From NCBI GenBank assembly GCA_039194325.1, contig JBCCWC010000009.1:1-64000 (forward strand): a stretch of DNA of 64,000 nt. The letters run 5' to 3'. Below the pieces are notes generated by a model. That model did not search any database. It was not told the origin of the DNA and saw only the letters and a list, made by a program, of their open reading frames with translations. The position numbers and the translations under genes were made by a program. Source of the DNA: Myxococcota bacterium (GTDB taxonomy: Bacteria; Myxococcota_A; Polyangia; Nannocystales; Nannocystaceae). This document shows positions 41,939 through 51,955 of the stretch, piece by piece; position 1 is the first letter of the stretch; each line of letters begins with the position of its first letter.

Positions 41939-42613
41939 ATGACCACGACAAAGGACGACACGCGGCTGGTCGAGGCGGCGATGCGCCACGCGCCCGGATC
42001 TCGCCGACGCCTCGCCCGGCGACTGCTCGATGTGATCCTCCCGGAGGTCTCCGCGTGCCTTCGGCGCCAGGCATGGGCCGTGGGCCGTGACCCCCGCCAG
42101 GACGTCCGGGATCTATCCCAGGACGTCTTGATCACGCTGCTCGAACACGACGCTCGAGAGCTGCGACGCTGGGATCCCGAGCGCGGACGTAACCTCGACA
42201 ACTTCGTACGCCTCGTCGCACGCCGCCGAGTGGCCCGGATCCTCGACCAGCGCCGGGGCAACCCCTGGGCCGACGTGCCGATCGATCCCCAGGACATCGA
42301 AGACGACCCCCTGGCCGATGAACGGGCGGTCAACCTCGCCCGCCAGCTCGAGCAACGCAACGAGCTCGGGGCCGTGCTCGACGCGCTCTATGCACGGATG
42401 GGAGAACGGGACCTTCGGCTGTTCGACCTGCTCTTCGTCCAGGAATGTGAGCCTCAGGAGGTGGCCTCGAGCCTCGGAATGACCCGACAAGCGGTCAACG
42501 CATGGAGCTATCGCACCCGCAAGCTAGCCCGACGATTAATTACGAAGACCGGCGATCTTCGTGCGTCGTCCAAGAGCACCTCACCGTCAAGAGAACATCG
42601 CAAGCATGGATGA
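41939..42613 (+). CDS. ECF-type RNA polymerase sigma factor
   Basis: Region 2 DVRDLSQDVLITL...WDPERG...FVRLVARR; region 4 EVASSLGMTRQAVNAWSYR. Confidence 0.82.
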   Translation: MTTTKDDTRLVEAAMRHAPGSRRRLARRLLDVILPEVSACLRRQAWAVGRDPRQDVRDLSQDVLITLLEHDARELRRWDPERGRNLDNFVRLVARRRVARILDQRRGNPWADVPIDPQDIEDDPLADERAVNLARQLEQRNELGAVLDALYARMGERDLRLFDLLFVQECEPQEVASSLGMTRQAVNAWSYRTRKLARRLITKTGDLRASSKSTSPSREHRKHG

Positions 42614-43400
42614 GCTTCTGGATACGCTCGGGCGCCATCAACGAAACGCGCTCGCCGAGACCCCGGGCCCGCCGGGCACCGACGCGCTCGACGCCGCCTC
42701 GCGGGAGGCCATGCTCGACGCCGTGCTCGCCCACCTCGACCCACAGGACGAGTCCGAGCCCCCGCGGCACGAAAGTCCGATCCCGACGCCACCCGCCGAC
42801 CCCACGCCACACGTGGCCTCAGTAGTCACACTCGATCCACGCACTCCCGCGTCGCACGGATCAGCCAACGCCCCGCCGACGTCCGCAGACCCCTCGAGCC
42901 CGGGGCGCCGCGCGGTCCGGTGGCTCGCCCCCCTCGCCGCCGCCGCCATGCTCCTGGTCTGGTGGCGAGTCCGCCCCAACGACGCCCCGTCGCTCGACCC
43001 GCTACCCGACTATGCGCTCACCCTCCGACATGGAGGACTCACCACGACCCGCTCGAGCGCGTCGAGCGATCGACTCCCCACGTTCCATCCTAAAAGCCCG
43101 GTCGACTGGGTGCTCACGCCGAGCTGGTCGGTTACGGACTCGCTGGCAATGGCGATCCAGGCCACCTCCCCGACGCAGACCACCGTGTTCGTGGACCGCG
43201 TCGATGTGCAGATCTCCGCCGATGGCGCGATCCGGCTCCGTGGTCGCCTCGACCAGTTCATCACCCTCGCACCGGGCCCGTGGACCCTGACCCTGTTCAT
43301 CGCCTCCCCCGATCAGCTCCCGGCCGGCCCGCAGCAGGCCAAGGATCCTTCGACCTGGCGCACGGTAACGCTCGAGCTGATGATCACTGCCGCTCCGTGA
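42606..43400 (+). CDS. Putative single-pass anti-sigma-like membrane protein
   Basis: Overlaps the sigma stop; N-terminal helices, Pro-rich linker, TM WLAPLAAAAMLLVWW, beta-rich C-terminal domain. Confidence 0.6.
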   Translation: MDELLDTLGRHQRNALAETPGPPGTDALDAASREAMLDAVLAHLDPQDESEPPRHESPIPTPPADPTPHVASVVTLDPRTPASHGSANAPPTSADPSSPGRRAVRWLAPLAAAAMLLVWWRVRPNDAPSLDPLPDYALTLRHGGLTTTRSSASSDRLPTFHPKSPVDWVLTPSWSVTDSLAMAIQATSPTQTTVFVDRVDVQISADGAIRLRGRLDQFITLAPGPWTLTLFIASPDQLPAGPQQAKDPSTWRTVTLELMITAAP

Positions 43401-46081
43401 GGCGAAGACGGTGGATCGCACTGGCCCTGCTGCTACTCGCCCGGCCCGAGCCCGTGGCCGAGAAACCACGTTCGGCAACCCCGGTCGTGGAACGCCCAAC
43501 GATCGAGCTGGCGGGATGCCTCCACGTCGACCCCGACATGGGTACCTGTCATCGACGCGCGGACCAGACAACACCGCTTTGGATCTGGATCGATGTCGAT
43601 GCCCAGACGCCCCTACGGATCTGGGCGGACGATGAGCCCTGGCCCCTACTCGAGCGCGTCACCGTCGATGGCGGACAACGACTACGGCTGTCGCTGCCCG
43701 CGACCGTCGCTCGCCTCCGGATCGAAGCGCAAGCGCCACGCTGGCGCGAGCCCTTCGAGCTGCTCCTCGTCGCCGAGCATGAGCCCGGCACGGTCGCGAC
43801 GGCCCGGCAGCTGCCCGAGTCGGCCGCGGTCGAGTCGCTCGTGGCTGCGCTCGACGGCCGGCAGGGAGCCGAGCGCCTCGCGATCCTGCACGCGCTGCAC
43901 AAACAGGCGGGCAACGAGGCGCGGCTGGCCCACGCGGAGGCCGCCGCCGAGCTCGCCGAGGCCCTCGGACGACCCCGCGAGTTCGTGGAGAGTGCCACCA
44001 CCGCCCTATACCTGCACGCGATCGACCGCAACGACCTGGTGGCCGCGCGACGCTGGATCGACAGGCTGGCGCAGGCACAAGAGGATCCCACCGCCCGGGT
44101 CCTGATCCATTATTACCGCGGGGTGCTGGCCACCCGAACCGGGGATCTGGGCTCCGCGATCCAAGCCTTCGACGACGCCGGCCGACTCGCCGAGCGGCTG
44201 GGTATGACCGCCCACTGGCTCGGCGCCCGTCAGATGCACGCGACCCTACTGGCCGAGATCGGTCGCGGCCGCGAGGCCCTCAAGAGCGCCCGGCAGGCTC
44301 TCGCCGGCGCGCGCGACCCGGCCCTGCCCTGCTCCGAGCGCCAACACGCCTTGGGCAACGTCGCGTGGGCCCAGCTGATGCTCGCGCAAGCGGGGCTCGA
44401 TCACGATCCGCCCCGGCCGCTGATGCGCGAGCAGCTGGCGCTGCTCGAGCCCGGCGCGGAGTGTCCCGATCCCGCGGACGAAGCGTGGGTGCGGATCAAC
44501 CTCGCCCTCGCCGCGCTCGTGGATGCGGAGCCCGAGGAGGCCTGGGCGTGGCTGGAGCAGGGGCAGCTGCAGCCAGTGCCGAGCTGGCTGCGCGGGTGGT
44601 TCTCCGAGATCCGCGCCCAGATCGGACTCGAGACCGGGCGCATGGAACTGCTGCCGCCGCTGGTCCGTACCGAGCGCTCCGACGCCGAGCTGAGCCTGCG
44701 CTGGGCCGCCGCGATCCGCACCGCACGAACCTTCGAACGCTTCGGGCTCGTGGACGCAGCGGTAGACGCCTACCTCGACGCCGAACGGATCCTCGACCAA
44801 GAGAGCTCGACACTCGGCGTCGACGTAGGGGGACAAGAGCTGTTCCTGGCCGGGCGACAGGCCAGCGCACAGGGCCTGGTCACCCTGCTGGTCGAGCAAG
44901 GACGCCGAGCCGAGGCCCTGTGCCGCGCTCGCCTCGCTCACGGCCGCGAGCTGCGGTCGATCGATCAGACCGCCCGGTTAGCGGGCCTCTCCCCCCACCA
45001 CCGCCAGCGTCGCCGTGCATTGCTCGAGCAGTTCGTGACCCTGCGCGACCAGCTCGAGGACGAGCGCCGCGGCGACTGGGCGCTGTCGGCCCCCAAGCGC
45101 GAGCGCCGGGTCGAGCGACGTCGGCTCCGTATGCGTGAGGCCGCCGCGCTGCTCGACGAGGCCGTGCGCCTGCTCGGGGCCGAGCCCACCGCCCACGACT
45201 GCGCCGCGCTGACCCCTCCCGCGCCCGGAGAGCTCTTGCTGTTGCCCTTCGACGGATCCAGCCAGTCCTGGCTGCTCCTCGCCGACACCGAGGGGGTCGT
45301 CGTCGAGCCGTTTTCCTCCGGTGGGCTCGCCGACGCTCTGGCCCGACAGACGAGCCGGGTCACCCGCGCCGAACGCCTGCGCGTGCTCCCCAGCGCTCAC
45401 TCCTCGCTCCACGCCCTGCCCTTCGAGCAGGGCGTGCTGCTCGACGTGGCCCCCGTGGTCTACTCGCTCGACCTGCCCGCACGCCCCCCCAAAGCCGGTG
45501 CGGAGCCGGTCGCGGTGGTCGTGGCCGATCCCTCCGAGAACCTGTCGGAGGCCCGGGCCGAGGCCGCCGTCGTCGCCCGGCGCCTGAGCACGCAGGGCTG
45601 GGCCGTCGGCCACTACGAGGGACGTACGGCTACGCGCGCCCGAGTCACCGCCGCGATGACCGACGCCGCGCTGTTTCACTATGCCGGCCACGGGATCCAC
45701 CGCGGCCCGAGCGGCTGGGACGGCGCGCTCTTGCTCGGTGACGGCGACAGCCTCGGCGTCATCGACATCCTTGCCCTGCCCCGGGTGCCGGCTGAGGTGG
45801 TGCTCTGCGGCTGCGAGACCGCCTCGGTCAGCGCGCGCACCCGTGCCGGCGGGATGAACCTCAGCCGCGCGTTCGTGCTCTCCGGCGCCCGGTGGGTGAT
45901 CGCCGCCGAAGGGGTGGTCGACGACGCTCTGGCCCGGGAGGTCGGGCAAGCCCTCTATGCCGAGCTGCCCGCCGGTCGCGCCTCGATCGACGGCGCATCT
46001 GCACTACGACGGATCCTCTTGCCGCTCGCCGGCCAAGACCCCACCGGCGGCTGGGCGCGTTTTCATGTGGTCGTGCCCTGA
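43397..46081 (+). CDS. TPR-like + CHAT (caspase/HetF-like) protease
   Basis: GTGA overlap; signal-like RRRRWIALALLLL; helical repeats; LHALPF, LFHYAGHG (His) and VVLCGCET (Cys). Confidence 0.88.
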   Translation: MRRRRWIALALLLLARPEPVAEKPRSATPVVERPTIELAGCLHVDPDMGTCHRRADQTTPLWIWIDVDAQTPLRIWADDEPWPLLERVTVDGGQRLRLSLPATVARLRIEAQAPRWREPFELLLVAEHEPGTVATARQLPESAAVESLVAALDGRQGAERLAILHALHKQAGNEARLAHAEAAAELAEALGRPREFVESATTALYLHAIDRNDLVAARRWIDRLAQAQEDPTARVLIHYYRGVLATRTGDLGSAIQAFDDAGRLAERLGMTAHWLGARQMHATLLAEIGRGREALKSARQALAGARDPALPCSERQHALGNVAWAQLMLAQAGLDHDPPRPLMREQLALLEPGAECPDPADEAWVRINLALAALVDAEPEEAWAWLEQGQLQPVPSWLRGWFSEIRAQIGLETGRMELLPPLVRTERSDAELSLRWAAAIRTARTFERFGLVDAAVDAYLDAERILDQESSTLGVDVGGQELFLAGRQASAQGLVTLLVEQGRRAEALCRARLAHGRELRSIDQTARLAGLSPHHRQRRRALLEQFVTLRDQLEDERRGDWALSAPKRERRVERRRLRMREAAALLDEAVRLLGAEPTAHDCAALTPPAPGELLLLPFDGSSQSWLLLADTEGVVVEPFSSGGLADALARQTSRVTRAERLRVLPSAHSSLHALPFEQGVLLDVAPVVYSLDLPARPPKAGAEPVAVVVADPSENLSEARAEAAVVARRLSTQGWAVGHYEGRTATRARVTAAMTDAALFHYAGHGIHRGPSGWDGALLLGDGDSLGVIDILALPRVPAEVVLCGCETASVSARTRAGGMNLSRAFVLSGARWVIAAEGVVDDALAREVGQALYAELPAGRASIDGASALRRILLPLAGQDPTGGWARFHVVVP

Positions 46082-46148
46082 GCAGACCCGAGCAGCCGCA
46101 GCGTCATCGAAGGCTCGACCGACGACAACAAATGAAGTGCAGGCCGCC

Positions 46149-48140
46149 ATGCGCTCGTCCACGACCCCCAAGACTGCCCTGTCCACCCTCGTGCTGCTCG
46201 CTTCGTTGGGCTGCGCACTAAAGACCGAGCAGGGACCCGAGCTCGAACCCGAGCCTCGCTCGAACCAGGCGGACCAAGACACACACGACATACTCCAGGC
46301 CGCGACATGCACCCCAGATCATAGGATCGCGTTCGTGCCCGGCCTGGGCGGCGGACCCTGCCCCGCCGCGACCTACTGGATCCCCAGCACGCTGTTTTTG
46401 GGGTCGATGGCCGCGCTCGGCAATTACTGCCTCTATGACTACGACCACCTGGGAGCCCCCCCGTTCTCACCGGCGCTCAGCCCCCTGAGCATCGACGCGA
46501 TCACCACCGATCACGCGGCCGATTGCAACGTGGTGCTGACGCAAGACGACGGCTCCTCGCCGGGCAGCGCCCCCTTGGCCTACGAGCCGATGCTCCGCGA
46601 CGCACTGCACGACGCGCTCAACCGCCTCGATGCCGACGAACTCGACCTCTTGCACTCCGAGTCGGGACGCTCCGCGGTCCAGATCGCCATCGTCGACACG
46701 ATCCCCACGGAGATCCCTGATCCGCCCTACTCGCGGCACGGCGAGGACATGGCCTCCTTCGCCGAGGACATCGCCTGCCCCGCCGGGGACGGGGCCACCT
46801 GTGCGGTCGACGTTCGGTACGCATTGGGGCTGCCCCTACGTGACGACGGCGAGATCGACTTCGTCAACGGCGGCGTCCGGGGTGCGCACCGTCACCTCGC
46901 CCAAGCGATCTACGACGCCGTAAAGGCCGCGCCCGCCAACACCAAGCGCATCATCAACCTCAGCGTGGGCTGGGACACCTCGATCTACGGCGGTCCGGGG
47001 CACGGCGAACCCACCAACATCAGAGCCGTCCGAGCCGCGCTCGAGCACGCCTACTGCCACGGCGCGATCATCATCGCCGCCGCCGGCAATTCCACGCCGA
47101 GCTGCACCACGGGACCGCTGTCCCCGGGGGCCTTCGAGCAATGGCCAGCCCCCGACGCCGCCCGCTGCGCGGAGCTGGGGGCACCGAGTCTCATGGCCCC
47201 GGCGAGCTACCGACCGCTGGTCTATGCGGTGGGTGGGGTGGACTTCGGCGACACCACGCCGCCCTCCATGGATCGAGGTGGCATGCCGCGGCTGGCCGCC
47301 ACCGCCAAGCATGCCGTGCCCGGGACCTTGCGGCTCCCCGTCACGGGGACGTCGGTCTCGGCGGCCGTGACCTCGGGGACGGCCGCGCTGCTGTGGTCGT
47401 TCTTTCCCGGGATGAGCTCCACCCAGATCATGCAGACGATCTATGACGGGGCGACGACCCTGGAATCGAGCGCCGACTTCACGGGGCCTGGGGATGACAT
47501 GAGCACGACCGTGCGGCGCCTGAACATCTGCTCGGCCTTTGCGCTGGCTCAGACGAAACACACCGGGGCCCTCACCACTCCCTTGACCTGCCCGACCCCG
47601 TCGCCCGAGACACTGCTCGATTTCTCCTTCGGCTACGAGACTGCCGACGATCCGACCTCCATGACCTTCGCGTCGACCGTAGAGACTCCGTGTGAGGTCA
47701 GCTGTATCGAAGGCTTCGAACAGCCGGCCGATGGCTTCATGGGTCCGACGTGCCCCGATCCAGAGCCGATCGTCGATCGCTACTTTCGGCCGCAGCCCAG
47801 CAAGCCCCCGTGCCCTCGGTGCGTCATCGCCACCAATGACGGCGCCGCCGCCGAAGCCCCCCAGCTGAGCATCTACGCCGCACTCCACGAGGACTACGAG
47901 GGCTACGCCGTAGAAGGCGTCAACGTCACGCTCTACGAAGGCGACACGCCGACTCGTCTACGCCTGGGCGCGATCTCGTTGTCGACCGACTCGACCACCC
48001 GGATCGATCTGGGGATCTCACCGACCGAGCTGGACATCAGGGCGGCGGAGATCGAGCTCTTGCTGTCGAAGGCCGGGGAACCGGGAGAGTCGGGCACGTC
48101 GGAGCGACGCTCGAACGATCTGCTGCTGGATCTACCGTAG
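46149..48140 (+). CDS. S8 subtilase-family lipoprotein, Cys-rich
   Basis: LASLGC lipobox; triad IAIVDT / HG / GTSVS; IINLSVG; IIAAAGN. Confidence 0.85.
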   Translation: MRSSTTPKTALSTLVLLASLGCALKTEQGPELEPEPRSNQADQDTHDILQAATCTPDHRIAFVPGLGGGPCPAATYWIPSTLFLGSMAALGNYCLYDYDHLGAPPFSPALSPLSIDAITTDHAADCNVVLTQDDGSSPGSAPLAYEPMLRDALHDALNRLDADELDLLHSESGRSAVQIAIVDTIPTEIPDPPYSRHGEDMASFAEDIACPAGDGATCAVDVRYALGLPLRDDGEIDFVNGGVRGAHRHLAQAIYDAVKAAPANTKRIINLSVGWDTSIYGGPGHGEPTNIRAVRAALEHAYCHGAIIIAAAGNSTPSCTTGPLSPGAFEQWPAPDAARCAELGAPSLMAPASYRPLVYAVGGVDFGDTTPPSMDRGGMPRLAATAKHAVPGTLRLPVTGTSVSAAVTSGTAALLWSFFPGMSSTQIMQTIYDGATTLESSADFTGPGDDMSTTVRRLNICSAFALAQTKHTGALTTPLTCPTPSPETLLDFSFGYETADDPTSMTFASTVETPCEVSCIEGFEQPADGFMGPTCPDPEPIVDRYFRPQPSKPPCPRCVIATNDGAAAEAPQLSIYAALHEDYEGYAVEGVNVTLYEGDTPTRLRLGAISLSTDSTTRIDLGISPTELDIRAAEIELLLSKAGEPGESGTSERRSNDLLLDLP

Positions 48141-48210
48141 AATCGCGAAGAGCGCGTAGACCGCTCGGCCCACGCGCTCTTCGCTTGCCTCGGGATGGAC
48201 CAGACGCCCG

Positions 48211-48957
48211 CTACACGAGTGAGACCGCGGGCCGGGGAGCCTCGGCGCCGTCGAGGGGGTGGAAGCCCGGGCGCAGGTAGGCCAAACCGTGGCGAACGAA
48301 GCGACCACAGAAATTCTCGTCGACGAACAGAAACCGGAACGCGATGACGTAGGTGGATAGCCGCAGTGGGCCCCCCCGCTGAACCGAGAGCCAAGCGGTG
48401 AGCGACAGCAAGCTGGTGGTGTACACGACCATCGCGAGCGCTCCGGTGAGGACACGGGCCATGTAGCCAACGCCCATGAACGCGGCGACGTCGTGGAGCA
48501 CCGCGCGGTGCTCGATCACCTCGACGAAGTGCCGCCGTAGCATGCCGGCCACCGGGGGCTCGACGCCCTCCAGACGCTCGGGATCGCTGAGCACGATCTG
48601 CGCCATCATCACCTTGAAGTGCTCGACGCCCACCAGACCGAGCAACATCCACCGCAGCTTCAGCAGTCGCGTGAAGATCCAATCGTGGAGCAGCCGCAGC
48701 ATCGTTTGCACGAGCCGCACCCGAAGACCCCGTGCCTCGAGCGCCGGGCGCACCGTGTCGCGCGCGACCTCATGATCGACCTCCCGAGCCACCCACCCGC
48801 TCAGTCGCTCCGACACGTCTCCTCGGGTCACCAGTCGATAGCGACGAGCGATGCGCATGAATCGGCTCTCGTCCGACAACAGCAGCGCATAAGCTCGGTA
48901 GAGATCGGCCCGAAGGTCATCCGAGGATCGGGCTACTGACTCATTCGTGGTTCTCAT
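48211..48957 (-). CDS. Divergent ferritin-like 'metal-dependent hydrolase' (PF10118-like), copy 1
   Basis: DESRF, REVDH, EHF and HFVEVIEHRAVLHDV motifs; C-terminal YLRPGFHP. Confidence 0.7.
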   Translation of the reverse strand: MRTTNESVARSSDDLRADLYRAYALLLSDESRFMRIARRYRLVTRGDVSERLSGWVAREVDHEVARDTVRPALEARGLRVRLVQTMLRLLHDWIFTRLLKLRWMLLGLVGVEHFKVMMAQIVLSDPERLEGVEPPVAGMLRRHFVEVIEHRAVLHDVAAFMGVGYMARVLTGALAMVVYTTSLLSLTAWLSVQRGGPLRLSTYVIAFRFLFVDENFCGRFVRHGLAYLRPGFHPLDGAEAPRPAVSLV

Positions 48958-49340
48958 GAGTGGTTTTCGAGGCTCCGAGCGTAGGAGTATCGATGAAGGC
49001 AGATCTTATTCAGCCCGATGACCGATTAACCGCACGACCCGAACCCCAATGGTTTCAGACACTTCCCAACGAGAGCGAGCACCCTTCGATGCTCACTCCC
49101 GACCGCCACCCCAGCGATGAACCCGAGCGGTGTGTGCCTAATGTACACCGCGGAACAACAACGGTTACATGCCCGTTCGTCCGCCGCTCAACGAGCGCAG
49201 GCGCTCACGCCTCGGACCGCATCACGCTTGCCGCCGCCACCGCCGGCCATCATGCCCGCGCCACGAGACCTCCTGCCTGCCCACAAAACCTCCGGCCTCA
49301 CGAGCGGACGAGCCTACGGGATCTCGCTCGCGAGGACTCA

Positions 49341-50087
49341 CTAAGCGGGGGAGATTGCGATGGGCGCACTCGTGGGCCGAGCGACAGGATGAAAACCAGG
49401 GCGCAGATAGCCCAACCCGTAGCGGACGAGATGAATCAAGAATTTCTCGTCGATGAACAGGAACCGGAACGCCTGCACGTAGGTCGGAGGCCAAAACATG
49501 CGACCCTGCTGGAACGACAGCCATCCGGTCAGCAAAGAGAGGCTCGCGGTATAGGCGAACATCGCGATCCATCCCGTGAGCACACGCGCCACGTAGCCAA
49601 AGCCCACGAAGATCGCGACGTCGTGCACCACGCCACGATGCTCGACAACCTCGACGAAGTGCCTTTGCAGCAGGCCACCCATTGACCGGTCGGTACTCTC
49701 TAGATAACGCGGATCCTCCAGGGCCATCTCCGCCATCATGACCTTGAAGTGCTCGATCCCCATCAGGCCCAACAGCTTCCAACGCAGCGGAAGCAAACGC
49801 ATGAACACCCAATCATTGAGTCGCTGCAGCACCGTCCGCGCGAGCCGAAATCGAAGCCTTCGATTCTCAAGTACTGGGTGCACCGTTTTACGCGCGATCC
49901 CGGGATCGACCTCTCGAGCCACCCACTGACCAAGCCGCTCGCGCAAGTCCCCGCGTGCGAGCAAGAAGTACCTGCGGGCAATGCGCATACACCAGTTCTC
50001 GCCCGACAAGAGCAGCGCATACGCGCCGTAGAGATCCGCCCGAAAATCATCGGCGGGCAGTTCGTTCTGTTCGTTTCCGTGTTCCAT
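49341..50087 (-). CDS. Divergent ferritin-like 'metal-dependent hydrolase' (PF10118-like), copy 2
   Basis: Same length (248 aa) and colinear with copy 1: REVDP, EHF, HFVEVVEHRGVVHDV, YLRPGFHP. Confidence 0.7.
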   Translation of the reverse strand: MEHGNEQNELPADDFRADLYGAYALLLSGENWCMRIARRYFLLARGDLRERLGQWVAREVDPGIARKTVHPVLENRRLRFRLARTVLQRLNDWVFMRLLPLRWKLLGLMGIEHFKVMMAEMALEDPRYLESTDRSMGGLLQRHFVEVVEHRGVVHDVAIFVGFGYVARVLTGWIAMFAYTASLSLLTGWLSFQQGRMFWPPTYVQAFRFLFIDEKFLIHLVRYGLGYLRPGFHPVARPTSAPIAISPA

Positions 50088-50415
50088 AGCGTGTCCAGGG
50101 ACCCCTTAGGGATGGCCCAAAACGGGCTTAGCTTCCGCGAAAAATTTTCTTAAACATAAAAATCTCCAATAAATAATTTCTGCTAGATGCACGCGTTCGC
50201 GTTCTAGCGGAGCGTTCGTTATTGAATCCGCTTGTCTCTAAGTATTACCCTGACATACAGATCGTCAAATCAACTATATTTCGTTGACATCAAAATCAAC
50301 GCAATTTCACTGAAATTGCCTTTCAATATCACTTTGCTCTGCGATTCGGTCCTAATGCGTGCGCTCACTAACAGGTAGCGGCTTTTGCGCAAATCGAGAC
50401 TCCGCCCAAGGCGGC

Positions 50416-51948
50416 TCATTGCGCAGACGCCGCTTCTACTCGTCGGAACATCAGCCAGTGGAGCTTTGGCGCAATCTCGGCGTCGTAGAGCACGTAGGGT
50501 GCACGCCCTGCCTTGATCTCCTGCAACAGCAGCCAGTCGGCAAAGAACCCAGCCTTGGTCTCGGCCAGAGTGCGCCACGGCACATCGCGAACCATGGTGG
50601 TCACGATGAGATCGGGAGCCTGCTCCAGGACCCACTCGGTGGCGTAACGCTCATGGCCCAGCCAATGGCGACGCATGAGCTCTGCCGGCACGCGTCCGCC
50701 GAACCGCGCCACCTCACGACTGGTGATCCCGACCAGGTCGAGGGTGCGCAGACCAGAACGATGCGCCATGGCTCCCACGGGGACGGTCGCGATCGTCTGG
50801 CCGGCATGGTGCTCGGCCAACCACTCGCCGACCGCAGCCCAGCGCGTGACGTTGGCAAAGCCATGACCGGGGGCGAGCTCGTGACGCCGCTGAGCCCGCC
50901 CCGCCGCCAGGGCCGCCGGCAGCAGGATCGCGACCGTGCGTAGCCAGGCACGGCGCTCGATCCGAGCGGCCAACGAGCACAGGCCACACCCCGCCAGCGC
51001 CACCAACATGGGGACCAGGGGAAAGGCCAGGCGGCTGTAGACGAAGTGGTCGCCGCCGGTGCGCAAGAAGTACAGGCACCAAAGCAGCGCCCCACCCAGC
51101 AGGTAGGCGTGCTCGCGACGGTGGGACCGACCGAGCAGCGCCAAGGGAGCAAGCACGGCAAAGGGAAAGTCGTCGACGACCTGCAGCAGGTAGGCCGCGC
51201 CGAGCCGGGCATGCACAACAGTTCCGCCGGCCTTGGCCCAGTAGGTGTTGGGCAACAGCTCCCCGAAGACCGCGTAGCGAGCAATGCTGACGAGCCCTAG
51301 CGCTCCCACCACCCCCAGCACCGCCCAACGCCGGCGCACCCAGGGCAAAAGCGGCAGCAGCAGCACGAACACGCCGTGCTCTGGCCGCACGAGCACCCCC
51401 ACCACGGCCCAGGTGCAGGTCCACGCCATGTCGCGACGCAGCACGGCCCGGGCCTGCGCCACCACGATCGCGGCTGCGAGGCCCGTCTCGAGACCGCTGA
51501 CCGCGTTGAGCAGCACGTAGTCGTCCAGGCTCAGCACCAGTGCGATCGCGGCGGCGGCCGCCAGCCCGGGGCTCCGGGCGATCCCCAGACGCCACCCGCC
51601 GCGCCCCAGCGGGACCCGGATCGAAAGCCCGAGCGCCACCCCCAAGCACACGGGGCCCAGGACCTGCGACCAGGCCTCCACGTCGCCGCTCAGCTGGGCC
51701 CCGAGCCATAAGAGCGCGAGATACAAAGGAGAGGTGAAGCCCTCGACGGGAGGATCGCCACAGTTGAAGGTGGGGCCGCAGCCCGCCTGAAGGTTGTCGG
51801 CGTAGCGAAAGTAAATGTACGCGTCGTCGTAGATCGAAAACGAGTGCTCGACGACGAAGTGGACCAGCATGCCCACACAGGCCACGACCAGGGCCCAGCC
51901 GGCGACCGCACGCCAGTCTCGTGACGATGGAGACGAGCCCGATTCCAT
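50416..51948 (-). CDS. Polytopic membrane GT-C-type glycosyltransferase-like protein
   Basis: DDAYIYFRYADNL..G.G..FN...VEGFTSPL, SGLET, RPE, LPNTYWAK and DLVGIT motifs; many TM segments. Confidence 0.75.
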   Translation of the reverse strand: MESGSSPSSRDWRAVAGWALVVACVGMLVHFVVEHSFSIYDDAYIYFRYADNLQAGCGPTFNCGDPPVEGFTSPLYLALLWLGAQLSGDVEAWSQVLGPVCLGVALGLSIRVPLGRGGWRLGIARSPGLAAAAAIALVLSLDDYVLLNAVSGLETGLAAAIVVAQARAVLRRDMAWTCTWAVVGVLVRPEHGVFVLLLPLLPWVRRRWAVLGVVGALGLVSIARYAVFGELLPNTYWAKAGGTVVHARLGAAYLLQVVDDFPFAVLAPLALLGRSHRREHAYLLGGALLWCLYFLRTGGDHFVYSRLAFPLVPMLVALAGCGLCSLAARIERRAWLRTVAILLPAALAAGRAQRRHELAPGHGFANVTRWAAVGEWLAEHHAGQTIATVPVGAMAHRSGLRTLDLVGITSREVARFGGRVPAELMRRHWLGHERYATEWVLEQAPDLIVTTMVRDVPWRTLAETKAGFFADWLLLQEIKAGRAPYVLYDAEIAPKLHWLMFRRVEAASAQ

Positions 51949-51955
51949 ACCGTCT

